DNA of 64,000 nucleotides from Leucoraja ocellata (taxonomy: Eukaryota): the NCBI GenBank assembly GCA_036785375.1, contig JAWMAR010000034.1, positions 682,001 through 746,000 on the forward strand, given 5' to 3'. Below the pieces are notes generated by a model that did no database searches, had not been told where the DNA came from, and saw only the letters and a list, made by a program, of their open reading frames with translations. The position numbers and the translations under genes are program-made. Below, piece by piece: positions 61,976-64,000 of this stretch (within the stretch, counting starts at the first letter, position 1; every line of letters starts with the position of its first letter).

Positions 61976-63641
61976 CAAAATTAGTACAAAAATATTTACA
62001 AGGCTTATTAAGAAGTATATATTGGCAATTGCCAACCCTATGTTTTAGATTTTTTTTTAATGAATAAGATGACGTGGTTCATATTAAATTATTTTAAAAT
62101 GAAATCAATGATTTTTCAAAAAGGAGCTGGACAAGTTTGAGTGATTGAAATCTTCTATACGTAAAGGTCAATGGTTTGTTGGAATATGTTGCCATGTAAG
62201 TCACCACCTGCACTCACCTTAATGAGAATCTTTCCCATCTGGTCTGATCTTTTGCCTCTTTGTAGAGATCAATAGTTATGAGCGATAGGAGGTATTCAAA
62301 GATTACATTATACTAAAATGAAACTGATTCGAAGGATCAGATCAGACTAACATGTCTAATTGGGCAAATGAAACAAAGATGCCCTTTTCATTCAAACTTC
62401 AAGCATGTTTAATTCAAGGAGTAGAGGTCCCCCTTTTCCAGTTCTTAAAATTGCATTTATTTATTTTTTCTTCCTCTGAAATAGAACAATCTGGAATGTT
62501 CATATTATGCCCAATAATGATCATTGTAGGGAAAGAGCCTCAAATGCCAACATGAAACAAATTACAGAAATTCAGTCTTGATGACAAGATTCCAAAGGAC
62601 TAAAGCCTTTTCAATACCAACCATCCCCTTTTCTCCTCAATTACAAAACAGAATAATATGACCAAGTCAAAGCCATTAATGTTCATACATCTTTTACCTA
62701 GTGGACCAGACAGAAGTCACCCTTCCATACAGACTGGAAATTCAGTTGAGTCTCTTTTAACACCTTCCATGGTAATTTTGATCACTATCGCATTTTATTT
62801 AGATTTGGTTTTGCCAGCTGGTCAGGAGAAAAGCTACAGATATTTATGAAATTCCTTGTGACTGAAATTTACAATTTCAAACAGTTTTGAAAAGTTACAA
62901 CAAAACTAGGAACATAGGGAACATTTATTAGTCGAAATAGGAACAAATTGTTTTAAACTGACATCAAAATGTAAAGATGCTACACGATTCAAGTATGCAG
63001 CATCTTATTGTTTTGGTTTCAGACTATCCCAACATCTGCAATTTTTCCACTTTGTATTAATGAATGTTCCCTGTCCAGACTTGGGATTTTTCACACATTT
63101 AAATAGACAAATTAGCAAATAATGTGGATACCACCTTTCAGCCACGTCTTTAAGATATGTCCCATTTTGGGACTTGTGAAATAAAAAGTTTGAATAAGGT
63201 TATTCAAGATTAAGTCTGCGAAATAGTTCTTGGAAATCAAATTGCATAAAGTCTCCCAGCAGAATTATGTAGGATGGTTGCATTTTGGATGCAGCGAGTA
63301 GGTCATTGCCCAAAAGTTCCTCTCCTTTCACCCCGATCAGGAAATATACAGAGACCTTCTCCCCAAACAGGAGAGGAATGGAGCAGAAAAGATGATTGGG
63401 TACATGCCCCAGAAAAAAACCTTCTTCCAACACACACCACGCAAATGTTCAGGAATTTTGGTTTGTATCTTGTTTGAACATGTTCAGATTCATGTCATGT
63501 TCCTCTATAAATAATCCAATGTCTCGTCCTTTACTTAAATAGGGTTCCTTTGACAAGAACACATCTTGAAAATGTCACATTGTCTCTTCCACTTCAACCT
63601 GGTCTCAATCCAAATGGTTCCTGCACTATTTATGCAAACTG

Positions 63642-63758
63642 CTACTGCTGATAATTTTCAGTTTTCATGTCATTCAAACCAAGTGTCTCATTATGTTCAA
63701 ACGTGCGCTCATATTTCTCAATCTTCATTTCTGGATCAGGATCTGGGGCATACAAATT
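63642..63758 (-). CDS. ZPR1: Zinc finger protein ZPR1, last coding exon
   Basis: tgcag|AAT TTG TAT... encodes [38 protein letters not shown], matching the ZPR1 C-terminus ([36 protein letters not shown]). ZPR1 is the known tandem neighbour of BUD13. Absent from the ORF track because it is under 60 aa. Confidence 0.93.
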   Translation of the reverse strand, partial: NLYAPDPDPEMKIEKYERTFEHNETLGLNDMKTENYQQ

Positions 63759-64000
63759 CTGCAGAGGGAAAAAAACATTCAACATTAGTAATGACAGGAG
63801 AAAAAAACAATTAGGTGGATAATTTTCTGCAGGTCCTATAATTCTCTACACTTCAGCCTTTTTACATCAAGCAGTTCATGTTGTTACTGCAAAAGACCCA
63901 GAGTCTGCATTGGCCATTTTCATCATTCACTGAATGGAGACAGCAAATAAAATAGCATGGAGGTTCAGCGACTGGATAGTCAGGGATCTGGGCTGTTGAT

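Noticed and set aside
63200-63477. 77-aa and 67-aa ORFs downstream of the ZPR1 stop
   Set aside because: No splice or homology support; likely ZPR1 3' UTR.

Overview
This is vertebrate genomic DNA. The repeat set (tRNA-head SINEs, CR1, Rex1 and Penelope-type fold-backs) points to a cartilaginous fish, probably a skate or ray; that assignment is inference. Spliced genes assembled by hand from GT-AG junctions and phase, left to right: (1) a partial, divergent CD3 gamma/delta-like paralogue on the minus strand that runs off the left edge; (2) a near-complete CD3 gamma/delta gene on the minus strand with Ig domain, CxxC, TM Asp and ITAM; (3) an intact single-ORF piggyBac transposase (PGBD4-like) with no visible TIRs; (4) a 10-exon SAXO/FAM154-family ciliary gene on the plus strand with an RFX X-box upstream; (5) complete 10-exon BUD13 on the minus strand; (6) the last exon of ZPR1. 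Mobile DNA includes a young 5'-truncated Tx1/L1 element with a 10-bp TSD, a Harbinger-like MITE, and many CR1, Rex1, RTE and SINE fragments. There is also a dense family of non-autonomous fold-back elements with 10-15 bp TSDs, a one-sided tail of about 35 nt, and minimal hammerhead-ribozyme cores at the symmetry centre. An N gap lies at 18354-18531.
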